A stretch of 64,000 bases of DNA from Sminthopsis crassicaudata (Eukaryota), in contig NC_133619.1 of the NCBI RefSeq assembly GCF_048593235.1, positions 591,535,963-591,599,962 on the forward strand, written 5' to 3'. Both the position numbers and the translations under genes were made by a program. The notes beneath the pieces were generated by a model. That model was not told the DNA's origin. It was given only the letters and a program-made list of their open reading frames with translations, and ran no database searches. The stretch's first letter is position 1. Every line of letters begins with the position of its first letter. Positions 23,550 through 35,287 of the stretch are shown piece after piece.

Positions 23550-23860
23550 TATGTTGCTTCTTTTTGGACCATTGCCTCCATTTCTTACCTACTAGTAATC
23601 TGGACATTGTCCTTGGATCCTTTAGTAATGACATTTCAGCTCTTGCCTTATCTTCCCAGGGTTGAGGATTTTCAACTATTCTTTGATCTGCTCCATATCC
23701 CATCCCTAACCCACTTTTCAGTTCCCTTTTATGTAGAATGTAAGCTCCCATCAGAATATAAGCTCTTTGAGAGCAGATTTTCTTATTTGTTTATATTTGT
23801 TATATTTCTAGCACTTAGGACAATGCTTAAAACAGTGAGCACTTAATAAAATGTTCATTC
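23550..23860 (+). mobile_element. L2 3' end
   Basis: tagaatgtaagctc...ctagcacttaggacaatgc...gcacttaataaaatgttcattc L2 terminus. Confidence 0.8.
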
Positions 23861-23865
23861 TCCTT

Positions 23866-24110
23866 CTTTTTCTCCCTCTCCCTTTTCCTCTCCCTCTCCT
23901 CTCTCTTTCTCTTTCATTTTCTCCCTCTCCTGTTCTCTCTCTTTCCCTCACTTCTTCCCTCCCTCCCTGCTTCTCTCTTTGTGTCCCTCTATCTCTCTCT
24001 GTCTCTCATTATCTTTCTCTCTCTCTTCCTCTTTCTCACCCTCTGTGTGTATGCGTTTATGAATCTCTATATCTATCTATATATATATGTACGGATCTGT
24101 CCATGTATTA
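23866..24110. repeat. CT-rich low-complexity tract grading into TG/TA repeats
   Basis: Seen directly. Confidence 0.9.
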
Positions 24111-24236
24111 TGTATGTATTATTCAAGGGTATATGTAGCAGAATTGATCTTGAGGAGAAAGGCTACCTCTTCAAAGGGTCAAGGACAAAGGCTACTTCCT
24201 CATCAAAAATTGGAGTAAATGAAAAGATGGTGGGGT

Positions 24237-24238
<2 letters not shown>

Positions 24239-24270
<32 letters not shown>
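24239..24270. repeat. (TG)n microsatellite
   Basis: Seen directly. Confidence 0.95.
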
Positions 24271-24273
<3 letters not shown>

Positions 24274-24659
24274 ATACAGGTATGAAATAAAGAAAAAGAA
24301 AGGAGAAACATTACCAAGGAAAGGAAATTGAAATTCAGAGTAGTAAATTGATTCGCCCAGGTTCACACAGTTAATAATTATCTAAGTTGTAATTTGAATC
24401 CAGGTCTCCTGACTCCAAGTCTAGCTTATTTTGAACTTGATCTAAATGTCTTTTCCAGTTGAAAATATTTCATAATTCTAGTCCCAGCCACTATTCACTG
24501 GCAGCAGTGTGTTTTGGCTAAATCCTTTCTCTGTTCTAGGCTTCAGTTTCCTCATCTGTAGAATGGGGATTCAGTTCAATTCAATTTGATTAGCACTATT
24601 TAAGTATCTATTATATTAAAACATGAGGGATAGCAAACAGACAACTTGAGTAGGATAAT

Positions 24660-25400
24660 GGTTTTCCAAAGGGAACTTTCTCCTTCCATATCCAATCTGT
24701 TGCTAAGTCTTATTGATTCTATCTTTAAAACATCTTTTATATATACTCCTTTACCTGCTCTGACATTGCCACTTACCAAGGTATAGGTCTACATCTCCTC
24801 ATGTTTGAACTTATTTCAGTAACCTGCCTCAAATCTCTCCCCACTTTAGTCCATCTTCCTTCATTCAAATGCCAAAGTGATCTTTCTCAATCAAAGATCA
24901 GACTATATTACCTGCTCATTCAATAATCATCAATTTATACTTATGACAACTAGGATCAAAAAGAAAATCCTCTGTTTGATTTTCTAAAGCTCTTCACAAG
25001 CCAGCCTCTTCCTGTGTTCTCACATTCAACAATCCTGGTATTCTCAATGTTTTTTTTAAACAGGATGTTTCAACTTCTATCTTCTTGCCTTTACATTGGT
25101 TGTTACTCAGTGCTTTCCCTACTTACTACTGCCTCTTAGTTTCTCTGGCTTCCGTCATATTTTGGCTAAAATCTCGTCTTCTGCAAGAAGTCTTTCCTGA
25201 TTGCACTCAATACTAATTCCTCTGGGATTATCTCCAATTTATCTTGTATATATCTTTTTTAATACATAATTTCAGGTTGTCTCTTCTCTTCCCCTTCACA
25301 ATATAAGATACTTGAGGACAAGGCCTGTTTTTGTCTTTTTTTTGTATCCTCAGTGCTTAGTGCATTTCCTGACACGTAGTAAACACATAATGTTTGTTTA
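24660..25400 (+). mobile_element. L2 LINE 3' region
   Basis: ccatatccaatctgttgctaagtc...ccaaagtgatctttctc...tataagatacttgaggacaagg...cctgacacgtagtaaac. Confidence 0.85.
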
Positions 25401-25979
25401 TGGGACTTTACTCCAGCTAGGTAGTAAAAGAGAAAGACTCCCATCCCTTACATTCTTTAGGATAGGGGTTCAGGAGGGAATGAACTCCCAAAAACTCTCT
25501 AGGAGGTGAAACTCAATTTCCTTTGAGCTCTGAAGGAATCCAAGCATTCTAAGATGCAGTAGTGAAGAAGTGTATTTCTGTGGAAAAGACAGCCTATGAA
25601 AAATCACAAGGGTGGAAGATGGGATGCTGAGTTTTGGGAAAAAGAGACACTCATCCCTGCCTTTCTATTTCTCACAGGAGGCTCACAGAAGCTGAAAGGA
25701 GATAATGTGCACACAGACACATATATTTGTCTACATATATATGATGAATATTATTGTATTTTGATGGAAACCACAACTGATTTTCTACCTCATTATCCAT
25801 TGCCTCACCCTGTCTCTCTTTACATCATGGACACTTTGGTAAGAGTTCTAGTTAAATAACAAGGAAAATGATTTAAGGGGAGAGCAAAAGGACTCTGCTA
25901 GAGCCAGTAGGGGCCTAACTTGGGGAAGCAGGGGGGGAAAAGGAGAAAAAGTATTTTTTCCCTTCTTTTCTTTTCCTCG

Positions 25980-26400
25980 TCTCTTTGACGCCAAGGATCC
26001 CAGAATGTCTCCTTCCTGGGAGGAACGCATTCCAACATTCTTACAAAGTAGCTCATGTTCCCTGCAGGTCTAGCGTGGGCTGTTTTAAATACATTGCACA
26101 CGATGGCATGTTCCCTGGAAGGAGGATATGGGCCACTCAGGCTGTTACAGAAAATTTAATGATGAACATCTTGGTCGAGATCATTTCTCATTTCGGAAAT
26201 TCAGAAGCAGATCTGCAGTCAATGCCCATGTTACTAATTCTTCCAAAGTCTGTGAGCAACATTCTTACTCAACTTCAAATCCTGGCTTCCAGCTACTGGA
26301 GCCACGGTTGCCAATTCCCTTCCATTTCGGGGACGTCACAGCTCTGTGGTACAGTGAGGAGAGAGCTGGTCTGAGAGCTGGAAGATTGGGTTGTGAATCC
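25980..26400. promoter_or_regulatory. Candidate enhancer (TEAD-like MCAT cluster, repeated CATGTTCCCTG, STAT6-type site)
   Basis: CATTCC 26028, CATTCT 26036, AGAATGT 26002 and a further ACATTCT near 26258; 11-mer direct repeat at 26054 and 26107; TTCCCTGGAA at 26111-26120. Confidence 0.35.
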
Positions 26401-26592
26401 TGATTCCTTTAACTCTAATCTGTGTGGCCTTTTCCACTCTATGCCTCAGTTTCCTCCTGTGTAATATAAACAATACTTCCAAAGATTTAATTAGTGCATG
26501 AGTTCCTTCTATTAAAGGATATCCTAATTCCTCCACATTTTAGGATGATAGATAAATGAGAAGATGGACTAAGCCTTAGGGATCATCGAATA

Positions 26593-26811
26593 GAAGGGCT
26601 CTTAACTTGTGATTCATGAGCATTTTTCAGAGTTCCATGGATTTGGATTGGGAAAAAAACTTATACTTCTTATGTTACTATTATCTCACTGAAATTTAGC
26701 ATTTCTTTCAATTTTTAAAAAACATTATCATATGCTAAGAAGAGGGTCCCTACATTTCACCAGATTGCTAGGGGGAATCTATGAAACAAAAAAGGTTAAT
26801 AATCCCTGAGC
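26593..26811. mobile_element. MER5-like hAT-Charlie MITE in a MIR
   Basis: Degenerate TIRs agggctcttaac / gttaataatccctg; the flanks rejoin as a gatcat..ctagtccaa MIR motif. Confidence 0.6.
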
Positions 26812-27067
26812 TAGTCCAATGCCTTCATTTTATAAATGGCTTAATGTATCATAAGTAATAAATAGCATTTTTAGGAGTCACACTCAGGTCCTTTGGATAT
26901 CCACAATATCTGGCACATATTAGGCACTTGATTAATATTTATTGACTGACTGTTTTTTTTCCAGGAACTCTCCAATCATTCTGTCTGCCCTTGACTCCAA
27001 TCTCTTGCCTGAGAATGGGCTCTGCCCCTAGAGCTGACCTGGACTTGGAAAAACCTTGGTCCCCAGT

Positions 27068-27319
27068 CCAGTCCAGGTCCTCCCCCTTCCCTGACTATTG
27101 CCTTTCTAATTAGACTCTTGGCTCTTTAGTCTCTCCTCATCATAGCTACTAAAATTATCTACCTAAATCAAATATTTGACTACATCATTTTCCTGTTCCA
27201 AAATCTTCAGTGACTCTCTATTGCCTCTAGGATAAGATATAGACTCTTAATCTTTGCATTTACTGCCCTTCATAATCTGGCTCTAACCCATTTGTTCTCA
27301 AAGTATAATCCAGAGAATC
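27068..27319 (+). repeat. Copy 1 of a 252-bp near-identical direct duplication
   Basis: Matches 28151-28402 with 3 substitutions; offset 1083 bp. Confidence 0.97.
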
Positions 27320-27999
27320 TTAGGACATCTCCAGACAGCCATACTACCAAGTATAAATAAAATTTCCCCAACCCCATTGAGCTTCCCAACTCTCCTTCCT
27401 GTATTGGCTTTCCCAGTTATCTTCCCCCAAGCTCTTTGATAACTGTTTTGTTTGCTTTTATTGATATCTCCAATGCTTAATACAGTTCTGGGCACATTAT
27501 AAATACTTTATCTATACCTATATCTATCTCTCTATCTGTCTGCCTGTCTCTCTATATGTATATTTCCCTATGCTACTTCCCTTTCATTACATCATAGATT
27601 TCAAGTTGGAAGGGATCAAAGAAAAGAAAGCTCAGGAGGCCTGTTTTAAACCTAAGTCCTTTGCTTCTACACTCAGTCCTCCCTCCATTATTATCTATTA
27701 CCACCATGAGATGTGAGGGTCACCAAGATTCATCTTATGGGGGCTATCTCTGTGGTCTCTATAATTGGTTAGGTGACAGACACATAGTCTATCAGCGGTC
27801 ATAACTGAAGCCTTTTTAGCTTAATAACATAGGATTTCATCCCATGATGGAGCATCAAAGGTATATTTACTTTATTTTCTCATTTATAAAATGAGGAAAA
27901 TGATTCTCATACAATCTGCTTTTCAGGAAGATAAATGTAGATAAGATACTTGGTGGCCATAAAATCCTATATAAGTGTGAGCTATTAGCTATTGTATTC

Positions 28000-28900
28000 T
28001 TCCAGTTACCCAGGTTTGTAATTTTGGAAACATCCTTGATTCCTCTCTTTCACTCATTCTGTTATGTCCAATCAATAAGTTGCAAATCCCACTAATTCTA
28101 CCCCATCCATCTCAGTTCTCTTCCTTCTCTTCATTCACTTGGCTACTATTCCAGTCCAGGTCCTCCCCCTTCCCTGACTATTGCCTTTCTAATTAGTCTC
28201 TTGGCTCTTTAGTCTCTCCTCATCATAGCTACTAAAATTATCTACCTAAGTCAAATATTTGACTACATCATTTTCCTGTTCCAAAATCTTCAGTGACTCT
28301 CTATTGCCTCTAGGATAAGATATAGACTCTTAATCTTTGCATTTACTGCCCTTCATAATCTGGCTCTAACCCATTTGTTCTCAAAGTATAGTCCAGAGAA
28401 TCCTAAGGAAGGGGACGGGACCCTCTTTCAGAGGGTCAACAAATTCAGAATTAACTTTTATTTGTAATGTGGAAAATATCTAAAAATATAACCCACATAA
28501 ACACAAACACTTTGGACAGCTCCTCAGTAATTTTGAATAGTATTAAAGATACCGAGAACAAAAGTTTAAGAACCACTGCTCTAACCTATCTTTCCTCTCT
28601 CTGTTACTACCCTGCATGGTCTGTCTCTTAGCCAAATTGCATTCAACATTTGTGTCTTTCAGTATTTGCACAGATCACACCCCTTTGTGGAATGCACTTT
28701 CTTCTTTTTGCTTCTTTTAGAATCTTTTATTTTCTAAAATTGCTTATCATTTTAGAATGGCATTGGGTACCATTTCTTCCAAGAAGCCTTCCATGATCAT
28801 TCCCCCATCCCGAAGTCATTGCTTATTCCTCCTTATAGATTATAAGCTTTTTAAGGACAGGCACTTAGGTGTATCATCATTGTCTAGTGAAATTCCTGGG
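28000..28900 (+). mobile_element. L2 3' region containing the donor copy of the duplication (28151-28402) and a hAT MITE
   Basis: Continuous L2 sequence before, through and after the duplicated block. Confidence 0.8.
28372..28578. mobile_element. hAT-Charlie-type MITE (207 bp) with perfect 8-bp TSD
   Basis: TIRs catttgttctcaaa / tttaagaaccactg; CTCTAACC at 28364-28371 and 28579-28586. Confidence 0.88.
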
Positions 28901-29249
28901 AGATGGAGTCACCCAATAATTAATTGTCCTGCCTGTTGTAATAAAAGAATGATAAATTTATAATTCTATCTCCCACATAATGATCAAATTCATTTGCAGA
29001 ATAAAAATAAAAACAAAAACAAACCAAACACTTTAATAAAGTGGCTCTCAGTCCCATAAATTATCTTTTAAAAAGTTAAATAAAATTATTTTGAAATTTT
29101 CATTTTTAGTTCTGAATTCCCTCCCTCTCTCCCACTCCTTACCCACCCATTGAGAAGACAAGAAGTAGAATACTCATTAAGTCATGCAACACATATTTCC
29201 ACATAAGCTGGAAATTATGTTATGGAGGTGGAATTGTATGATGGAAAGA

Positions 29250-29960
29250 ACACTCCTTCTTCCTAATGTCCTCATTTTCATCAAGAGGATCTCTGTCCTC
29301 TCTATCATTCCAGGCTCACAATTTCAGAATCTTAGTCATCCTTGCCTTTTCCTTCCCCCTCACCTGTCCCATCCAATCAGTTGCCAAATCTTGTCAGTTC
29401 TTCCTACACAATATATCTTACATCCTCCGTCTTCTATCTACACATGCTAGAATTCATCCCTTTCCCTCCTGGATTATTATAATTATTTCCTAATGGGTCT
29501 CTCTGCCTCTAGTTTCTTCCCTCTCCAATTGACTCCCCCCACTAACCTGCCAGAATGACATGTTTAAAATACAATCTGACCATGCTGCTTTCTTGCTCAG
29601 GAAGCTCTGGTGACTCCCTCTTACCTCTAGAATAAAATACCAGACAAATTCTTCAGTTTGGCTTTTAAAGCCCTTTAGAACCTGGATCCACTTGACCTTT
29701 ACTAGATTATTGCATGACATTTTCCTTCACATAGATCTGCATTCCAAGCAAACTGGCCTTTTTGTGGGTTCTAGTGGATGACCTTCCATCTTCTGTCTCC
29801 ATTGTTTTGTACAGGCTGTCCCCTAAACTTTGACTTTTCTCCCATCTCATCTCTACATCTTGGCCTCCCAAGCTACCTTCCAAGCTTTGGTCAAGTGCCA
29901 CTTTTTTACAGAGAGCCTACCATTTTCTTGCATCTTCCCCAGTAAGTGGCTTGTATATAT
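29250..29960 (+). mobile_element. L2 LINE 3' region
   Basis: ccaatcagttgccaaatcttgtcag...ctaatgggtctctctgcctctag...ctctagaataaaatac. Confidence 0.85.
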
Positions 29961-29977
29961 TTTCTATTTAATTTTGA

Positions 29978-29980
<3 letters not shown>

Positions 29981-30034
<54 letters not shown>
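29981..30034. repeat. Perfect (TA)27 microsatellite
   Basis: Counted directly. Confidence 0.98.
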
Positions 30035-30038
<4 letters not shown>

Positions 30039-31288
30039 TTGTCCTCAATAGAATATGACCTCCTTGAGGGCAGGCACTGTTTATTTATACATACATACAT
30101 ACAAAACATACATACATAAAATCAGAAATGCCCCTAATGTGTACCTGCCTTATCCCCTCTTGCTTATTAGCCCTAGATGCCAAACAGGAAGAAATAGCTT
30201 CCATTTCTATATTGCTTTATAAAGCACTTTTCTGCAAGAATAATTCTATTTTTAAAATTGTAAATAAAAAATTGTGGCTCTGAAGGTTTGCCCATGGTCA
30301 TACAGCTGCTAAATGTCAAAGACAAAATTCAAACTCAGGTCTCCTGCTTAAAAAAAGCCTTACCTCTCCTCACTATGAAGTGCCCAAATTGCTTTGTGAA
30401 TTACATAACTAATCTAAGCTAATAAAGATACTTAGCAGTTTGTCATAAGTGTGGATTTTCAGACCTCTTAAATAATAATTTTAAAAAAGAGCTGGAAAAT
30501 GGCCATGGAAAAGTCCTCTGGGGAATCTTCCATTCCCACATTGCTCTTTGTTGCTGCTATAAACACAAGGTTTTATTTAGGAAAAGGGCTCAAAATAATG
30601 AAATGAATTCTAGAGCCAAAAGGAACTCCTGGAAATTGGTCCCAAGAATGACTATGATCAACTCACTTCTTAGTATTGTTTTATGGTAAATAAAGTTCAA
30701 TTAAAGCACTGAAATGGAATTGACACTTCATTCTTTGCAGGACTAAAATATTCATCAATCAAGAATGCCAAATAGACAAACTGCTGTTTTCCACAAGTTC
30801 TAACATAATTTTGAGAATCTAAGATCATTCCTTCACATGTTGTACAAATCCATACAATTTTCAAAAACCTATATTTAAAAAAAACCTAACTTGATTTTTA
30901 AAGTGTTTGTAGATGAAATAAAGGTTAAAAAAGCAATATTAGAATCATCAGAAAGGATGACATTATTCATTTTGTCACCTTTCTCTGTGAAAAAGAGCTT
31001 TGTGAGAGAAATTGAGATCAGCTTGCATAGCTGAGTCTCTTCCCTCAAGGGCTTCCTCCTCCTTCTCCCTCTCACCACCATAACCCTACACATAATAACT
31101 CACAACAATCTTTCATAATAGAGAGCTCAAATATTATTATCCTCATCTTATCAAGGAGGAAACAGGCTCAATGATTTAAAATGACTTGTCCAAAGTCACA
31201 CAACCAATAAGTGGCACTATAACAATATAATATTGTTATATTATACAATTTCCCAGAAAGTCTGAATGTGTCATTTTACTCTCTGGAT

Positions 31289-31540
31289 TTGTTATTGTTT
31301 TCCAGTTGTTTCAGTCATGTCCAACTTTCCACGATCCCGTTTGATGTCTTTTTGGCAGAAATATTGAAGTGGTTTGCCATTTCCTCCTCTAGCTCATTTT
31401 ACAGATGAGGAAACAGGCAAAATAGGGGTAAGTGATGTGCCTAGGGTCATACAAATATTTAAGGCCATATTTGAACTCACAAAGATGAATCTTTCTGCTT
31501 CCAGGCTTGGCATTCTATCCACTATACTACCTAGTTGGGT
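31289..31540 (-). mobile_element. MAR1-type SINE
   Basis: tttcagtcatgtccaact...gtggtttgccatttcctcctctagctcattttacagatgaggaaac. Confidence 0.88.
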
Positions 31541-31629
31541 ATCATTGAATTCTCCTTTTATAATAATAACAACCATTTTTCTATTGTACATTGAGATTTA
31601 TAATCACGTAGTCTTGGGGAACAAGTAAG

Positions 31630-31742
31630 ATATAGATATTAATATATATAGATATATAGCTATAATATATTAATATAATGATAATATATTATATTGTATA
31701 TTATATGTTAATATATTAATTAATATTGATATAATATATTAG
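31630..31742. repeat. AT-only low-complexity tract
   Basis: Seen directly. Confidence 0.9.
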
Positions 31743-33320
31743 TAGCACCATGTTGCAAATGAAGAAGCTGAGTAAAGTCTATCCAGAGTTATCCAGTCTA
31801 TAAATATTGGAATGAAGATACAAATTCAGGTCTTTCCAGACTACAAGTTCAATATTCCACATTGTCTCAATTCTCTTGAGGCTTGGTCAGAGTTGAGAAA
31901 TTTTACCAAGGAATGAGCTAATTTCTTTATAATTTTTTAAAAATATATTATTTCATCAACACTGATCTAAATCTCTTTTTACTTTATGGAGATAGTAGAC
32001 TGTTTCTCAGATGATAAGTACACAAGCTATTCTTAGTCCATATAATGTTTTGGTAAAATAGCTTTTGAGAACCCAAGGTTGCTTCTATTCTTTCATTTAG
32101 AATCCCAGGAAAACATTAATGGCAGCATTCAGAGAATTAAGGAGAAAATCAGTTGAAAATAAATAAGGAATCAAAGGAGAAAAAAAATCAAGTGACTTTC
32201 CAAGAAGCAATCATGTTCTTCAATGTAGTCAAATCTGATAACCTTGTCTATAGAACCTTGTTTCTCAGCTTGACCCATCCTGTGTTTTGCAAAGATCTTG
32301 AGAAGACTGACAACCATTATCTGCTATTCTAATTTATTAAAGAATGACAGAATTTGAATCACCTTAGCAAGGATTAACATCCACTGACATCAAAATTTTT
32401 TTCAACCTATTTTTGAAAATTATTCTCATTTCCATACAAAAGAAGAAAAAAACAAATTTGGCCATTTATAGGAATTTACCTGAATATTCTGGAAAACCAC
32501 ATATGTTACAGAACAATAATCCCACAAAATGAAATTAGAAATAGACTCATAGAATTTAGCTGTTAGAAGAACCTAAGTGATCCCCTAATCCTTACCTTCC
32601 ATTTCATAAAATAAACTGAGATCCAGAGAAATTAAGTCACTTATTCATGACAAAAAGAAAAGCTTCTTAGAATCTTTTATTTTCTTCAACGCTCATCTCG
32701 GGTACCATTTTTTCCCATGAAGCCTTCCATGATCTTCCCCCACCCCCAAGTCATTAGTGCTTTCTCTCCATATTAAATTACCTTATTTGTGTGCCTATTC
32801 CTTATTATAAACTAGATCCTTAAGGACAAGTACTTGCACATAGTATATCAATAAATGGGTTCTCAATAAAAGCAAGTAAAACAATCATCAAAGAGCTTGG
32901 GTGAAGCTAACTGGGGAAGCCAACACATGAAGGAGAGCTGGGAAGCTCAATGGGGTTGGGGAAATTTTATTTACACTTGGTAGCATGGCTGTCTGGAGAT
33001 GTCCTAGAATCTGGGACTAAAACTGATTTATCCAAATCCAGATTAGCTCTGGAGGAAGAATCAGGATCCGAAGTCAGTTTTCCTGATCCCTAATTCATTC
33101 TCCTTTTCTTCTCCTCCTCAATGACATTGTCTCATAGAATATTACTGTTGGAATGTAGAGTAGAGATGAGCAGAGCTGAAAGGAATTTGGAGACCATCAT
33201 GTCCAAATTCTTAATTTGGTCAATAAGAAAAAATTAGACCTAGACAGTGGACAAGACTTTCTTAAAGTCATATAGCTGGTTAGTGACCATGTCAGTAGGA
33301 GACCTGGATTCTAGTCCAGA

Positions 33321-33545
33321 GGCAGTTGGTAGAGCAGTAAGCTAGAGCACAAGGCCTGGAGTCAGGGAAATCTGAATTTAAATCCAGCCTCAGAAACGTA
33401 GTAGCTGTGTGACTGAGAAAGTCACTTAGCTCCAGTTTTCCCAACTATAAAACAGAGATAATAATAGCATTTATCTTGCAGGATTTTTGTGAGAATTAAA
33501 TGAAATATTTGTAAACATACTTAACATAATCCTTGGCATTTAGTT
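33321..33545 (+). mobile_element. MIR SINE
   Basis: ggcagttggtagagcagtaagctagagcac...gagtcagggaaatctgaatttaaatccagcctcaga head and core. Confidence 0.85.
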
Positions 33546-33804
33546 TTGTGGTTTAGTCATTTTTCAGTCATGTTTTAATTTTTGTGACCCTTTTTGGAAT
33601 TTCCTTGGCAGAGATATTAGAGTGGTTGGCCATTTTCTACTAGAATGATTGGCCATTCCCTTCTCCAGCTCATTTTACAGAAGGGGAAACTGAGGCAAAT
33701 AGGGTCAAATGACTTTCCCAGAGATGCACAGTTAATATGTGCCCATGGTCACATTTGAACTCAAGTCTTTTTAGCCCTTTATTCACTGCACTGCCTTCTT
33801 GCCC
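33546..33804 (-). mobile_element. MAR1-type SINE, tail-to-tail with the MIR
   Basis: cagtcatg...ttggcagagatattagagtggttggccatt...cagctcattttacagaaggggaaactgaggc. Confidence 0.85.
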
Positions 33805-34713
33805 ACATTTAACATTATGGCATTATATATTTCTTTGCACACAGAAGTTTCAAGGGCAGTCCAGTGGAACCAGCATTGTTTACCAAATGGATGTGAAGTA
33901 AGAGTGAGACTACAGCTTCAAAATCAGAAGTAAGGACATCTTGGGACTGGGCAATCTATGTCAAAACTCAACACTTTAAGGTGTCCTACCATGCAGAGCA
34001 GCATGCTGAATACTAGGGGGAAAATATAGTTTAGACAACATACAGCTTTGCTTCAAAGAGATTAGAGTGCATAAAAATGACGCTGATGGTAGCCCACATG
34101 GACACTGCTTTAGGGTTTACAAAGTGCTCAAAATTCTCATTTTCTCTCAATAATCCTGTGAGGTGGATGATTTTATCACCCCCATTTTATGGATAAGGAA
34201 ACTGGGGCTTGCCCAGAATGATGCAGCTAGCTAGACACAGGAAGTGTGTGAGGCAGAATTCAAACAGAGGTCTTTTGGATTTCAAATGTAATTCTCTTTT
34301 TACTAAGAAAAAACCACATTCCATGAGACGTGCTTTAGAGAGACGAATAAAGTACTAACTGAAGGAGAAGGAGATCATGGAAAGGAGGCATTGAAATTGA
34401 TTTTAAAACATGGACAGGAATTTATTTAGCTGGTGAAAGGGAGAAAGGAGGATTTCCTAGGTGTGGGGAACCCAGTGAGCAAAGGCAAAGAAATGGGAAA
34501 AGACATGGAACAATTGAGGTGGTGTGCCACACAGCACAGGGAATACAGTGATTAGGAAGCAATTCTGGAAAGTTAGGTGATCATGTAGTAAGGAATCTTA
34601 CCTTAGCCACCTGTAAGCCTGATTGACCCTTGACAAGTCACAGAGGGAACTAAGTGATCAGTAAATAGAGCATTGGGCTTGGATTCAGGAAGACCCAAGG
34701 TCAAGATTACCCT

Positions 34714-35287
34714 GGTTTTTGTCTTTTTGCTCTAAAAGAGGACCAAAATGACATCACTATATTAGATGAGTTACAGTGTCTCCAACTGGCTGATCAAACC
34801 AATACAAGCTCTGAATGTTCTACTAGAGATCAGACACAAATAGTCCTTATGAACATTTCAGGTGGTTCTCTAATTTTGTACATCTTGCATTTTTTCTGAA
34901 CTAATTCAGTTCTGCTTTGCTCATAGAGCACAGCCCCTTCTCTAATGGGGGCACGCCATGCTAAACAGTCTGTACCAGTATCTCCCATTTCATACAGTCA
35001 ATTTTAAAGTTCTTTAAGGAGACCTTGAAAATATCCTTGCACTGCTTTTTCTGACCACTTTCTGATCACTTGCCCTGTATGAATTCTCCATAAAATAATC
35101 TTTCTGGCAAGTCTACATTTGGCATTTGAATACTGTGGTCAACCCGGTGGAGTCATGCTTTCTACAGTAGAGTTGGAATGTTTGACAGTTTAGTTCAAGA
35201 AAGCATCTCAGTATCTGGTACCTTGTCCTGCCAGGTGATCTTCAGAATTTTCCTAAGATAATTCAAATGGAAGTGATTCAGTTTTCT
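34714..35287 (-). mobile_element. RTE-clade LINE, 3' part
   Basis: Minus-strand translation KKLNHFHLNYLRKILKITWQDKVPDTEML matches the RTE ORF C-terminal region; followed by 3' UTR and short-repeat tail. Confidence 0.92.

Noticed and set aside
26054-26117. Full p53/p63 response elements
   Set aside because: Each CATG half-site lacks a correctly spaced second CWWG/CNNG half-site.
25985-26374. 129-aa ORF
   Set aside because: Non-ATG start, no domain, no convincing splice sites; better explained as non-coding.
33321-33400. tRNA-like heads in SINEs (also near 15370 and 63110)
   Set aside because: These are degenerate tRNA-derived MIR/MAR1 heads, not tRNA genes; no complete cloverleaf.
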